Source: a virus. From it: a stretch of DNA of 64,000 bases. The notes under the pieces are model-generated. The model was not told where the DNA came from. It was given only the letters and a program-made list of their open reading frames with translations, and searched no databases. The stretch is from IMG/VR virus record IMGVR_UViG_3300046167_000870. One strand, written 5' to 3'. The stretch's first letter is position 1; every line of letters begins with the position of its first letter. Of this stretch, positions 21,459 through 31,273 are shown piece by piece. A program made the position numbers and the translations under genes.

Positions 21459-23351
21459 TTAGCTTTTTAGTTGAGATTCATCAAGTAGTGACGATGTGTT
21501 TTCATCTTCCTCAAATATTAATTTTTTCTTGTTAAGAGATCTAAAAATGTCCTTGTTTTTTAAATAAGTTACATGGGCACTTTCTGATTCACTTAAACTT
21601 GGTCTTCCATCACCATCATTTTTATCTGTATCTTTCATACGTTTTACGCCTAATGGATCTTTACCAAAATTATTTTCTTGTTTACCTCTTGTAGTCATTG
21701 AATCAATTGGTCTTCCTTTTTTAGGATCATCTTTAGCATATCCATCAGGTACATTTGCTGGGTCTGATTGTGTTCTACCCATACCATATAATGAAGCTAA
21801 ATCATGAGGTGTACCATATGATTTACCAGTTGCAACTGGGTCATTACCTTCTGCTTTTATTTGATCTAATCTAAATTGACGTTTAGCATCTTCTCGAGCT
21901 AAATCTCTATATTCATCATATTGATCTTCACTAAAGTGGAATACATTATGATAAATCCAATCAGATGGAACTAAACCTTGTTCTAATAATGAACCTGCTA
22001 ATTCTGTTTTAGCTTTTAATAATTCAATTTTTTCTTGGTCATATATAATAGATGGAGTAGTCATTGATAATTCAAAGTTTGTCAATGTCTCATCTGTATA
22101 GCCTTGAGTATATAAGTGTACTAATGCTATTTTATTAAATTCTGATAGTATAATTCTTTGTATTCTATCAATTGTACGAGCAAATCTAATATCTTCAGCT
22201 GCTAATGTAGCTTTACCTTCTGTGTTTTCATCATATCCTAAGAATGCTTTAGGTATTTTAAGAGCAGCAAATAATTTATCTCTTAGATATTCTACATCTT
22301 GAATACCATCATATGATAATCCTGGAGTAGTATCTATTTTTGTTGCGTTATCATTTCCACGAACAGGAATATAGAAATCTTCTAACATATTTTGCATGTT
22401 ATATTTCAAGTTATATTCACCTGTTTTTTCATCCATCATAGGAGTACGTTTCATACTTGAAATAGTTTTCTGCATAAATGCTTCTACTTCATTAGGTGGA
22501 ATAGCTCCAACGTTTACATAAAATACTCTTTTTTCTGGAGCACGAGCAATTCTATGAATTAACATCGCGTCTTCCATTAATGTATATTGTTTAAATAATT
22601 TTCTAGCTGGTTCAATATATGCTCTACCATAAGGAAGATAATTAACATCAGCTACAAATCTAAAATGTGCCATTTCGTAATTATCAAACACAATACCACC
22701 TCTATCATCATTTACATTTTGATTAGGTACATTATAGTAACCATAAGAACCACCTGCGAATCCATCAGGATTCCATCTAAATTTTACTTCTGATGGGTTT
22801 TCAGGATTTTGACCTTCCATTCTTTCAATGTGATAAGCAGTATAAGGTATTACATTATAAACACCAAATTTTTCTGATATTTCCATTTTTAGGAAAAAAT
22901 CACCATACTTACACATTTGTCTAATCCACATCCAAGCATTAAATTCAATATTTAATACATCATAAAATAAATTATAAAGAATTTTTTGTATATCTTCATT
23001 TGAACTTCTAATTTGAAGTACTTCACCCATATCATTTTTAAGGGTAGATTCATCAGCTAATATATCTAAAGCAGAGGCAATAATAGCATCCTGATCCATT
23101 ATATCATATTCTGAATATAGTTGGGGTCTTAAATAATTATAATTTAAGTTAAATTGGGCTCCATATAAAGATGAAGGAGCTGTTGAGTATACTCGATTAA
23201 ATCGGTCAACTAAAGCATTAGTTTCATATTCGCCACTTGATTGTATATGACCTGAATCTATTGTTTTAATTTGATTACCACCAACGTTCCTGATAACAAC
23301 GTCAGTTGAAAATAATCTTTGTAATCTTGAAAATATGCTTGTATTTGCCAT
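21459..23351 (-). CDS. gp20: Portal protein
   Basis: LMEDAMLIHRIARAPEKRVFYVNVG, MLEDFYIPVRG, DVEYLRDKLFAALKIP. Confidence 0.96.
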   Translation of the reverse strand: MANTSIFSRLQRLFSTDVVIRNVGGNQIKTIDSGHIQSSGEYETNALVDRFNRVYSTAPSSLYGAQFNLNYNYLRPQLYSEYDIMDQDAIIASALDILADESTLKNDMGEVLQIRSSNEDIQKILYNLFYDVLNIEFNAWMWIRQMCKYGDFFLKMEISEKFGVYNVIPYTAYHIERMEGQNPENPSEVKFRWNPDGFAGGSYGYYNVPNQNVNDDRGGIVFDNYEMAHFRFVADVNYLPYGRAYIEPARKLFKQYTLMEDAMLIHRIARAPEKRVFYVNVGAIPPNEVEAFMQKTISSMKRTPMMDEKTGEYNLKYNMQNMLEDFYIPVRGNDNATKIDTTPGLSYDGIQDVEYLRDKLFAALKIPKAFLGYDENTEGKATLAAEDIRFARTIDRIQRIILSEFNKIALVHLYTQGYTDETLTNFELSMTTPSIIYDQEKIELLKAKTELAGSLLEQGLVPSDWIYHNVFHFSEDQYDEYRDLAREDAKRQFRLDQIKAEGNDPVATGKSYGTPHDLASLYGMGRTQSDPANVPDGYAKDDPKKGRPIDSMTTRGKQENNFGKDPLGVKRMKDTDKNDGDGRPSLSESESAHVTYLKNKDIFRSLNKKKLIFEEDENTSSLLDESQLKS

Positions 23352-23382
23352 TTCTATATATTAATTATTGTTATAAATATTA

Positions 23383-24954
23383 CTATAATAACCAATCAAT
23401 GTTTTCTTTACCCTTATTTGTATCAATTTGATAAGGATTTTTCATTTGTTGGTTATTACCATAACTCCCTTGATATGCTGTTCTATTAACTTGCATATTA
23501 TTTAAGGATTGTCTGGTTAAGTCTATTCCTCTTTGTTTAAATTTTAATGCTGTATCTCTAATGTACATAGCAATACTAAAAGCCATAACTAAATCATCAT
23601 TGTATCCTGATTGAGCTTCTGGTCTTCCATTACGCCATATAAATGTTTTCATTTCTTCTACTAATCTTTTAGATTGTATTGTTACTCCTTTATCACCTAT
23701 GTATTCTTGAAATTTACCAATTACCATAGGTCTCGTTCTTGATGACATAGTAAATCCAGGAACCATTTTTGAATGATCTTGATATTTATCAAAATACGAA
23801 TTAACATTGGCTTCTCCACCCTTTTGTGAATAGTAGAGGTTCTGATATTGTCTATCAATAACAACTTGTATAGTTGCCCACCCAATATTAGCATTTTCTA
23901 TTACTAACATTGCTTCATTATATTCTGTAGCTATACCTACTAATAAGTGTCCATATTCTTTAGTTCCAATTTGTCCTTTATATTCAGCTACTTGTACATT
24001 TGTTTCTGTATCTATAACATGAAATGCAGAATAATCTTTACCATCACCCCTAGATACATCAGCTACTACCATATAATTTCTTGAATAATCTGCTTGTTCC
24101 CAAACCCATAAATTTTGATCATTACCTCTTCTTTCTAAGGGGTCTTTAACAAATGATTTTTCATAGTATTCTATATATTCAGGATAAAATACAATATCAC
24201 CAGAGGTGCTAAAATCACAATCACATTCTTGTGCTGCCATTCTAGGATCACCTAATAATTCATCTTGTCTTTTTCTCCATGCTTCATCTCTATCTGGGTG
24301 TACATACCAAGGTAATTTGATAGGTAAAAAGTCATTTTCTGCTGCTTCTGCTCTTGACCATGTTTGGTGAAACCAATTACCTGTACCATAAGGTGTAGAT
24401 AATGCTATACAACCACCCCCAGTTGCTAGTGTTTGTTGTGCTGATGCCCATATTTCACCAATATTTTCAATAAAGGCTGCCTCATCAATTAGTAGTAAAG
24501 ATACTGCTTCTGATCTACCGGCATCACTTGAAGCTGATGTTGCTTTAATTTGGGATCCATTTGCTAATCGTAGTGTTAATTTATTATTTTCAGGTGCATC
24601 TATTTTAAGCCATGATGGTAAATTTTCATACATAAATTTTACCTTTGTTACCATGTTTTTAGCTGTGTCCTGCTTTGTTGCAATACAAAGTACGTTTTTA
24701 TCCTTATGGAAAGTCATTAACCATAAAGAATAACCTGCTGATAGAGTAGATATACCTAACTGTCTAGATTTTAATACAATAGAATAAGGATTATCACGCC
24801 ATAGCGTTAATACTTTATCTTGGAATGGATATAAATTAAATTGTATACGTCCACGTTGTGGGTGTTGTATATAACAATATTTACGCATAAAATGCACTGG
24901 ATCCTTAGCACATTTTAAATATTCTTGACGTATTACTTTTTTTAAATCTGACAT
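23383..24954 (-). CDS. gp17: Terminase large subunit
   Basis: LKSRQLGIST (Walker A), LLLIDEAAF (Walker B), STPYG, ADVSRGDGKDYS, NDDLVMA. Confidence 0.96.
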   Translation of the reverse strand: MSDLKKVIRQEYLKCAKDPVHFMRKYCYIQHPQRGRIQFNLYPFQDKVLTLWRDNPYSIVLKSRQLGISTLSAGYSLWLMTFHKDKNVLCIATKQDTAKNMVTKVKFMYENLPSWLKIDAPENNKLTLRLANGSQIKATSASSDAGRSEAVSLLLIDEAAFIENIGEIWASAQQTLATGGGCIALSTPYGTGNWFHQTWSRAEAAENDFLPIKLPWYVHPDRDEAWRKRQDELLGDPRMAAQECDCDFSTSGDIVFYPEYIEYYEKSFVKDPLERRGNDQNLWVWEQADYSRNYMVVADVSRGDGKDYSAFHVIDTETNVQVAEYKGQIGTKEYGHLLVGIATEYNEAMLVIENANIGWATIQVVIDRQYQNLYYSQKGGEANVNSYFDKYQDHSKMVPGFTMSSRTRPMVIGKFQEYIGDKGVTIQSKRLVEEMKTFIWRNGRPEAQSGYNDDLVMAFSIAMYIRDTALKFKQRGIDLTRQSLNNMQVNRTAYQGSYGNNQQMKNPYQIDTNKGKENIDWLL

Positions 24955-24955
24955 A

Positions 24956-25366
24956 TTATTTTGCTAATAGTAGTACTATTCCTCCAACTACTAATGCGCC
25001 CGAACCTAATTGAAACAATTTAGTTTTGGCTTTTTGTTTTTTTAAATCTGTTTGTAATTTTAGAGATAATTCTTGTGATATAGCTAATTGGTCAGATTTT
25101 GCTAATAATATATTTTCAAAATTCATAACACTTTTATTTAAATTAAATATAACACTATCTTTAACAACTATTTTTGTTTCTAATAAACCTAATTTATTAG
25201 ATAATAATTTTAATTCTTCTTTGGCACCGTCCCCTATTATTAGGTCTTTAATTACTAGACGCGCTATCGGCTTTTTTAATTGAATCTTCGTAGTGTCTAT
25301 AACGCTCTGTGAAAAACCTTGTAAGCTCATCATCATTAAAAGAATCAACGGAATTAACTTTTTCAT
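24956..25366 (-). CDS. Secreted/membrane coiled-coil protein (spanin-like candidate)
   Basis: N-terminal signal peptide, coiled coil and C-terminal hydrophobic segment; overlaps the upstream gene by 119 nt. Confidence 0.5.
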   Translation of the reverse strand: MKKLIPLILLMMMSLQGFSQSVIDTTKIQLKKPIARLVIKDLIIGDGAKEELKLLSNKLGLLETKIVVKDSVIFNLNKSVMNFENILLAKSDQLAISQELSLKLQTDLKKQKAKTKLFQLGSGALVVGGIVLLLAK

Positions 25367-25631
25367 TTACTTTATATTTTAAAGTGACAATCTTTTTATC
25401 TTGCTTGTCTATTTCTGTATCTAACTTTACGATTTGTTGATTTAAAGTATCTATTTTAAATACTAAATCATCGTTTATATGGTGTAAAGAATCTACTTTA
25501 GCTTCCAAAGCATCTATTTTAATATTATAGTCCTCTACATATTTTTCATCTCCTAAAAATACAAAATAAACTAGTGCACTTAATAGAATAAAAATTATAC
25601 TATAAGTAATTAATCTTTCTTTAGACAACAT
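25248..25631 (-). CDS. Inner-membrane-anchored coiled-coil protein (i-spanin-like candidate)
   Basis: N-terminal TM (LITYSIIFILLSALVYFVFL) followed by a heptad coiled coil. Confidence 0.55.
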   Translation of the reverse strand: MLSKERLITYSIIFILLSALVYFVFLGDEKYVEDYNIKIDALEAKVDSLHHINDDLVFKIDTLNQQIVKLDTEIDKQDKKIVTLKYKVNEKVNSVDSFNDDELTRFFTERYRHYEDSIKKADSASSN

Positions 25632-26241
25632 CTTTTTCTAACTTTGCAACTAATGATTCTAGTTCTTTCTTTTGTGGAGTTTTTTTCCTTAATATATCTT
25701 TAATTTTTTCTTTTTCTGCTTCATCACCTTGACTATATTTTCTAGCTAATGATTTCATTTCTGCAGTGATTGATTTTAAAGCTTTAAGTGCTAAATCTAA
25801 TTTTTTATGTTTACCTCTAGCTCCTTTTGCAGCTTTAATTGCATCAGCATCTACATCATCGTCATCAATATCTTCTTCAATACCAGCATCTTTTTTTAAC
25901 TGTACAGTTTTTTCAAGTTCTGCGTTTAAATCTTGTTGAAGTTTAACATCTTTAGGGTCTACTTCTTTTAGATTAGCATTTTTTCCTACTAACTCATCTG
26001 CTTCTTTATCTCTACCACTTCTTCTTAAATAATCTATATATCGTTGATCATCTTCTTTAGGTTGGATTTCTTTTAAAGCATTCATTAGATCACGAATTGC
26101 TTGGCTTTCACCTACATTTCTATACTTCATAAACCTAGCTACAGCTTGTCTTGCCATTCTAATTTCTTCAGATGAAGGGCTTTCATTTAAAGTATCTACG
26201 ATGTTTTCTTTTATAAACGATTTTAATTCAGATTTCTTCAT
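25621..26241 (-). CDS. Putative internal head protein
   Basis: MKKSELKSFIKENIVDTLNE N-terminus; late motif at 26258-26267. Confidence 0.6.
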   Translation of the reverse strand: MKKSELKSFIKENIVDTLNESPSSEEIRMARQAVARFMKYRNVGESQAIRDLMNALKEIQPKEDDQRYIDYLRRSGRDKEADELVGKNANLKEVDPKDVKLQQDLNAELEKTVQLKKDAGIEEDIDDDDVDADAIKAAKGARGKHKKLDLALKALKSITAEMKSLARKYSQGDEAEKEKIKDILRKKTPQKKELESLVAKLEKDVV

Positions 26242-26268
26242 TATATTAGAGTTTTTATTATAAATATG

Positions 26269-26799
26269 TTAAAGACCAGTAATATTCAATATTTGTTCAA
26301 TTCGTTCCTCTGTTGAACCCTTAATTGTTTCTATATTTTTCATCATATATGCATACTTTCTAATAAAACTTGTAATAGTAAAATCAATTATATCCCTATA
26401 ATGTTCATCTGTTTCGCGTACTCCATTATCTTCAATAGGCAAGCCATCAGAAGAAATATAAAAAATATAATCATATTCTCTAATAAATTCTTTCGCATAA
26501 TCAATAAATTTATCTTTATCTTGATAAGGTATAGACTTAGCATTTTGTGTAAATGCCATAACATCAATAACAGTTCTATCTGTTATAATATCTGTTTGAA
26601 TTAATTCAGCACAACGTTCAGCCAAAAATATAGTTTGACCTTTTAATGTTGAATCTGTATTGAGTGGAATACCTTGCTCCATCAAATACTTAGAACGCTC
26701 TGTTCTAAACATATAATCTTTAAATTGCTTTGTTTCTTTTAAAGCATTTACTAATGTAGTTTTACCCACACTCATTGTACCGCATAAACCTATTTTCAT
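26269..26799 (-). CDS. P-loop kinase/ATPase (AAA_28/NadR-type)
   Basis: GTMSVGKTT Walker A; ITDRTVID; IEDNGVRE. Confidence 0.8.
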   Translation of the reverse strand: MKIGLCGTMSVGKTTLVNALKETKQFKDYMFRTERSKYLMEQGIPLNTDSTLKGQTIFLAERCAELIQTDIITDRTVIDVMAFTQNAKSIPYQDKDKFIDYAKEFIREYDYIFYISSDGLPIEDNGVRETDEHYRDIIDFTITSFIRKYAYMMKNIETIKGSTEERIEQILNITGL

Positions 26800-26802
26800 A
26801 TC

Positions 26803-27066
26803 TTAGTTTCTATGATTTTGTCCTTTAGGTGCTGGTTGTTTATACCAAGGCAATCCTGTTTGATTTCTAATTGCTTCTTTATGATCAGCTTCACTATACT
26901 GAATACCATATAGATAATATTCTCTTTTTTTCTCATTACCTTCAGGAATCAAAGCTGGTCCTTCCCAGTTATGTAATTTATTATCCCAAAGATAAGCTAT
27001 AGTTCCATCTGCTTTTTTTAATTTTTGACTCTTAGGCCAATCATTGTTTGTATCTTGTTTTTTCAT
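26803..27066 (-). CDS. Hypothetical protein (LHNWEGPALI motif)
   Basis: ORF directly behind the promoter at 27072-27102; ATG 27066 is preferred over 27072, which lies inside the promoter. Confidence 0.7.
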   Translation of the reverse strand: MKKQDTNNDWPKSQKLKKADGTIAYLWDNKLHNWEGPALIPEGNEKKREYYLYGIQYSEADHKEAIRNQTGLPWYKQPAPKGQNHRN

Positions 27067-27071
27067 GCCCA

Positions 27072-27102
27072 TAATATACGAAATTTATTTTAATTTTCCT
27101 AG
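27072..27102 (-). promoter_or_regulatory. Bacteroidota-type (host sigma) promoter
   Basis: CTAGGA-N15-TCGTATATTA; same spacing in five copies. Confidence 0.7.
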
Positions 27103-28398
27103 TAAACTCTCAGCAACATATGTACCTTGTGCACCACTTACCGTTATACCTCTAGCAGAAAGAGCATCACCAACAAAGTGGACGTTAGGATACTTAGTAA
27201 GAGCTAAATCGGAATAATCGACAAGTGGTTCAGGTGATAAGTATTTTACTTCAGGCACATAAATACCCCAATCATCTTTAAGTGTTGGGAATACTTTTTT
27301 CATGTCTTCAATAAAATCATACACATACATAAAGTATGGTTGCATTGCTTTTGATATTTTATGTAATGTATCTACTTGAATAGCTGATACATTTATACCT
27401 TCAGATGTTTGTGATGGTTTTCTACTTGGACTATAATATAATCCAGTACCATCTATCTGTAATTTTTTAACTACATCTCTAGACCAATCAAATGGTTTAT
27501 CAATACCTCTAACTTCCATTAGAATACCAAAATTGGTCATATCATTTCTGAATGATTCGTCTTTTTTAGCGTGTCCATTGTACGAATGATCTCCATACGT
27601 TTCTTCAACGGCAACATAAGCTGCGTTGTTGTTTGTACAGAATGAACGTAATGATACTCCTTTGTCTTCGAATTTACGATACAATTTGAAATCATAGCTT
27701 ACATCAATTAGTTTTTGGAAGTGTTTTTGTGGTGCTTCAAATCGAACACCTATTTGTACTGGTTTTGGTTCAGTTGGTAAATCGTATTTTTCAGCTAATT
27801 GTTTACCAAAGTCAATACCTGATTTACCTACACCAAATATAAGTTCATCATATTGAATTCCTAATTCTTCACCTCCATTTAAAATGCGAGCACGGAGATT
27901 ATTATTATCAAAGTCAATATCTTCTACTTTGGTTTCCCATAAGAATTCTACGCCACCATTAACTAAAAAGTCATACCAATTTTTACCTATTTCATGTAGA
28001 TAATCTGTACCAACGTGCCATACTGGAAATAATCTTAATCCAAAATAGGGTTTAATAAATTCTGGTTCTGCTATTGGATTTGAACATTGTACTTCTTCTG
28101 GTTTAGGGTGGAAACGTTTAAAATTATCAATCACCTGATCAAACAATTCCATTGCTTTTTCTTCACCACAATATTTAGATAATTGTCCTCCAATTGAAGT
28201 ATGGTAAGTTAATTTACCATCAGACCAACCTCCTGCACCTAGGAAGCCTGTCATTACTTCTTCATATGGTCTTAAATATGGGTCTTTACCCATATCAATT
28301 ATGGTAATTTTACCTTTAAAACCATTGTCAATTAGCTTAGTAGCAGCATTTACATTTGCTACACCTGCTCCAATCATTACTACATTTTTACTCACCAT
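27085..28398 (-). CDS. FAD-dependent oxidoreductase
   Basis: IGAGVAN Rossmann motif, GFLGAGGWSDGKL, IGVRFE, RSFCTN, HFVGDA. Confidence 0.88.
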   Translation of the reverse strand: MVSKNVVMIGAGVANVNAATKLIDNGFKGKITIIDMGKDPYLRPYEEVMTGFLGAGGWSDGKLTYHTSIGGQLSKYCGEEKAMELFDQVIDNFKRFHPKPEEVQCSNPIAEPEFIKPYFGLRLFPVWHVGTDYLHEIGKNWYDFLVNGGVEFLWETKVEDIDFDNNNLRARILNGGEELGIQYDELIFGVGKSGIDFGKQLAEKYDLPTEPKPVQIGVRFEAPQKHFQKLIDVSYDFKLYRKFEDKGVSLRSFCTNNNAAYVAVEETYGDHSYNGHAKKDESFRNDMTNFGILMEVRGIDKPFDWSRDVVKKLQIDGTGLYYSPSRKPSQTSEGINVSAIQVDTLHKISKAMQPYFMYVYDFIEDMKKVFPTLKDDWGIYVPEVKYLSPEPLVDYSDLALTKYPNVHFVGDALSARGITVSGAQGTYVAESLLGKLK

Positions 28399-28543
28399 AA
28401 AATCTATTTAAAGTATTATACATTCCTGCTACTCCAAAACTAGCACCGTGTTTTTTGTTTTGTTCTAAAAAAAACATCATTAATCTTTGAAATGAATTAC
28501 CTTCATTTTGTTTTACTAAGTAGAATTCTTTATCTATATTCAT
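28388..28543 (-). CDS. Small hypothetical protein (51 aa; not in ORF track)
   Basis: MNIDKEFYLVKQNEGNSFQRLMMFF...RFYGE; follows promoter 28566-28596 and overlaps the next start. Confidence 0.55.
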   Translation of the reverse strand: MNIDKEFYLVKQNEGNSFQRLMMFFLEQNKKHGASFGVAGMYNTLNRFYGE

Positions 28544-28565
28544 TTGTCATTTATTTTTAACACGT

Positions 28566-28596
28566 TAATATACGAACTAGAAATGGCGTCTCCTAG
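28566..28596 (-). promoter_or_regulatory. Bacteroidota-type (host sigma) promoter
   Basis: CTAGGA-N15-TCGTATATTA. Confidence 0.7.
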
Positions 28597-28606
28597 GGAG
28601 ACGCCA
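28584..28606 (-). terminator. Perfect 10-bp hairpin, likely terminator, overlapping the -33 box of the next promoter
   Basis: TGGCGTCTCC-3nt-GGAGACGCCA; short T tail (TTTCT). Confidence 0.6.
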
Positions 28607-28662
28607 CAGATGTCTGTTTTTTTTTTAATTAATTTCGACTGGCTATGAATCAGTCTATATGT

Positions 28663-28728
28663 TTAACAATGACAGCATGTACAGTTACATGATACTCCAC
28701 ACCCGCATGTTTTACAATTACATTTCAT
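28663..28728 (-). CDS. Metallothionein-like Cys-rich micropeptide (21 aa)
   Basis: MKCNCKTCGCGVSCNCTCCHC; 9 Cys + 1 His; ATG one nt after the cupin stop. Confidence 0.65.
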   Translation of the reverse strand: MKCNCKTCGCGVSCNCTCCHC

Positions 28729-28729
28729 T

Positions 28730-28975
28730 TTAATTTATTTTTATTTTTAAATCGGTTGTCCCTTTATGTATTCTATGGACATCTCCTTCGTTAATAAATA
28801 TACGATCTCCCTTTACTAATTCCAAGGGTAATTTATTATCTAGTTGAACTTTCCACCCTTTACCTTCTAATACTTCAATTTCTCTATCTTCTTTATCTTG
28901 ATGCCAAACCAATTCCATTGAATCAACATCTTTTGAAAACATTCTAATATTACCTTTATTTGTGTATGGGTTCAT
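28730..28975 (-). CDS. Small cupin-domain protein
   Basis: WHQDKEDREIEVLEG...GDRIFINEGDVHRIHKG cupin metal motifs. Confidence 0.75.
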   Translation of the reverse strand: MNPYTNKGNIRMFSKDVDSMELVWHQDKEDREIEVLEGKGWKVQLDNKLPLELVKGDRIFINEGDVHRIHKGTTDLKIKIN

Positions 28976-28976
28976 C

Positions 28977-30050
28977 CTACCAAAATGTATTCATGTTAGC
29001 ACCTAGACCTAATTGGCTTGCATATCTTGGTAATCTACAAGACCAGTATCCTGGTTTGGTTCTATCTGTTTTTTCTTTACATCTATGTCGTTTAGCAAAT
29101 GCATTTCTTGCTTTAGAGTTTCTAATCTTAGCTCTTAAACCACCTGATCCAAATGATACTTTTTTAACTTTTTTAGTTTTAGGATCTCTTACATAAACAT
29201 AATATGCTTTAGAACCACCTCTTTTTGGTTTTCCAATTGGTGGATCTTTTTTCTTTTTCTTAGCTTTTTTAGCTTCATTTAATGATATTAAACTTGTTGG
29301 AATATAAGCATTAGTTCCATCACCAAATTCAACATGAACTCTTTTATCATTTTTATCTAAGATATAAACTTGTTCTTTTTCTCCTGCTTCAAAAGATTCA
29401 AAGTCATCATCATACCCTTCACCGGTATTCATTTTAACTTCATAATCATTTTTGAAAGTGATTATTGCTTTACCTTCATTTAACATATTGTCTATTTCAT
29501 CACGAACCCAATCTTTTTCATTTGAACCTAATTGATCATAATCCATACCAAATTCTTCATTTGCTATTTCATCTTCTATATCCATTTGTTCATTAATACC
29601 TACTAAATCTCTTTTATTCCAAATTTTAGATTTGTTTTCGTCACTACAATCTTTAAAATCACAATCAAATTCTTTATGTGCTATTAAGTCTAATCTATCT
29701 TCTTCTTCATGACTTAATTTTCTACCCTTATATTCAGTAGCTTCTCTTATCATAGGTAAATCTAAAGGTATAATCTGGTTTTTATATAAATCAAATTCAC
29801 CTAAATGTGTTTTCATTAATCCTTCATCTTCTTCACATAAATCAAGTACGCCACGTGAATATAATTTTCTTGCTTCTTTAATCATGGATAAATGAGCATC
29901 AGAACCAATTCTGAATACATTTTCCATTAATGAGATGTTATTGTCAATATGATAAGATAAGTTTTCAGATATAAGTTTTTTAACTTTACCTTCAGTTAAG
30001 AGTGGTCCTCTTATTGTTTCACAAGTATTACATCCACATTTTTGACACAT
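28977..30050 (-). CDS. Modular putative head protein with Cys-rich N-terminus
   Basis: MCQKCGCNTC start; modules separated by LTE/IRE/INE/LNE; basic C-terminal KKVSFG...YWSCR domain. Confidence 0.65.
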   Translation of the reverse strand: MCQKCGCNTCETIRGPLLTEGKVKKLISENLSYHIDNNISLMENVFRIGSDAHLSMIKEARKLYSRGVLDLCEEDEGLMKTHLGEFDLYKNQIIPLDLPMIREATEYKGRKLSHEEEDRLDLIAHKEFDCDFKDCSDENKSKIWNKRDLVGINEQMDIEDEIANEEFGMDYDQLGSNEKDWVRDEIDNMLNEGKAIITFKNDYEVKMNTGEGYDDDFESFEAGEKEQVYILDKNDKRVHVEFGDGTNAYIPTSLISLNEAKKAKKKKKDPPIGKPKRGGSKAYYVYVRDPKTKKVKKVSFGSGGLRAKIRNSKARNAFAKRHRCKEKTDRTKPGYWSCRLPRYASQLGLGANMNTFW

Positions 30051-30070
30051 ATCTTATTTTATTATAAATA

Positions 30071-31273
30071 TTACTTAGATTTTGTTATTCTTAAAGACAT
30101 TGGTAAAATTTGTCCTTGAGTGTTTCTACCTACAACATCATATTGAGAAGGTCCAAATAATGGACTATCAGCTTGTAGTTTAACACTAACATTCTTAGTG
30201 TTTTTACCTGGGTATTTTATTTCTGCCTTTGTTATTTGTCCTACAGCATCTAAAGCATCCTGAGCTGTAAGTATAGGGACAACTTTTACATCATCTCCTT
30301 TAATTTCTTTTACATAATAATAACCATATCCCACAGATGATGCTAAAAATGCTTCAAATTTATCATCTTCAATATTAACTTCAGACCAATCATCTACATC
30401 TCCTGTTTGGTTAATATAATTATCTATACCTTGTGCTGTTCTTTCTCTATCAATATTAAATATGTTAAATAAAACATCAATAGCAGGAGCAACACTGTCT
30501 TTACTAGAATCATAAACTACTTTTCCATCTTCATAAACAAAGAATGGTATATTTTTTCCACTATAAATTCCTGATCCTGCTTTATTTTTTAATGATATAT
30601 AATAATCTTTTCCTTTATAGTTAATAGTTAAATCTGAGATTGTTTTTCCTATATCTTTAGGACCTTCAAAATTTAAACTACGTTTTGTATCAGTAGCACC
30701 AGCAAATGAAATATCATCTGGTGATAATTCTGAATTGTCTATCCCTAAACCATTATATAAAGTTTGTAATCTTATTGGTAATGAATCATTAGGTTCTCCT
30801 GCAAGTGATTTTGCTTGGCCTACAAAATCTTGTTCATATTTTTCTCCTTCATTTCCACCACCAGCTAAATACATAGCTACATCACCATCTTCTGTTTTAA
30901 ATTTATATAAATTAAATTTACCACTTTTATTATCACCTGTTCTAGGACCTACTACTTCAATGTCATCTACAACATGAACTTTTTTAATAATATCAATAAA
31001 TTCTTCGCCTGATATTTTTTGTTTATTACCTATTCTAACAGAGTTAGCCATTTTAGTTAAACCTGCATTTTTACCCACTTCTGAGTCTAATATTTTTTCT
31101 ATTGCTTTTTTAGTATTTGATGTAACAGATGCTTCTTTTAAACTAAATTTTTCTTCAGTTAATCTACTAATATAAGATTCTAGTAAAGCTACATCATTAG
31201 GATTATCCATATCCGGATATCCTTTATCGAATTTGTAAGCGAATTTTGTAAAAAATTTATCAAATATATTCAT
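30071..31273 (-). CDS. Hypothetical protein with PD-(D/E)xK-like nuclease core
   Basis: GEKYEQ...ISDLTINYKGKDYYISLK resembles a restriction-like nuclease; N-terminal YKFDKGYPD leader. Confidence 0.5.
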   Translation of the reverse strand: MNIFDKFFTKFAYKFDKGYPDMDNPNDVALLESYISRLTEEKFSLKEASVTSNTKKAIEKILDSEVGKNAGLTKMANSVRIGNKQKISGEEFIDIIKKVHVVDDIEVVGPRTGDNKSGKFNLYKFKTEDGDVAMYLAGGGNEGEKYEQDFVGQAKSLAGEPNDSLPIRLQTLYNGLGIDNSELSPDDISFAGATDTKRSLNFEGPKDIGKTISDLTINYKGKDYYISLKNKAGSGIYSGKNIPFFVYEDGKVVYDSSKDSVAPAIDVLFNIFNIDRERTAQGIDNYINQTGDVDDWSEVNIEDDKFEAFLASSVGYGYYYVKEIKGDDVKVVPILTAQDALDAVGQITKAEIKYPGKNTKNVSVKLQADSPLFGPSQYDVVGRNTQGQILPMSLRITKSK

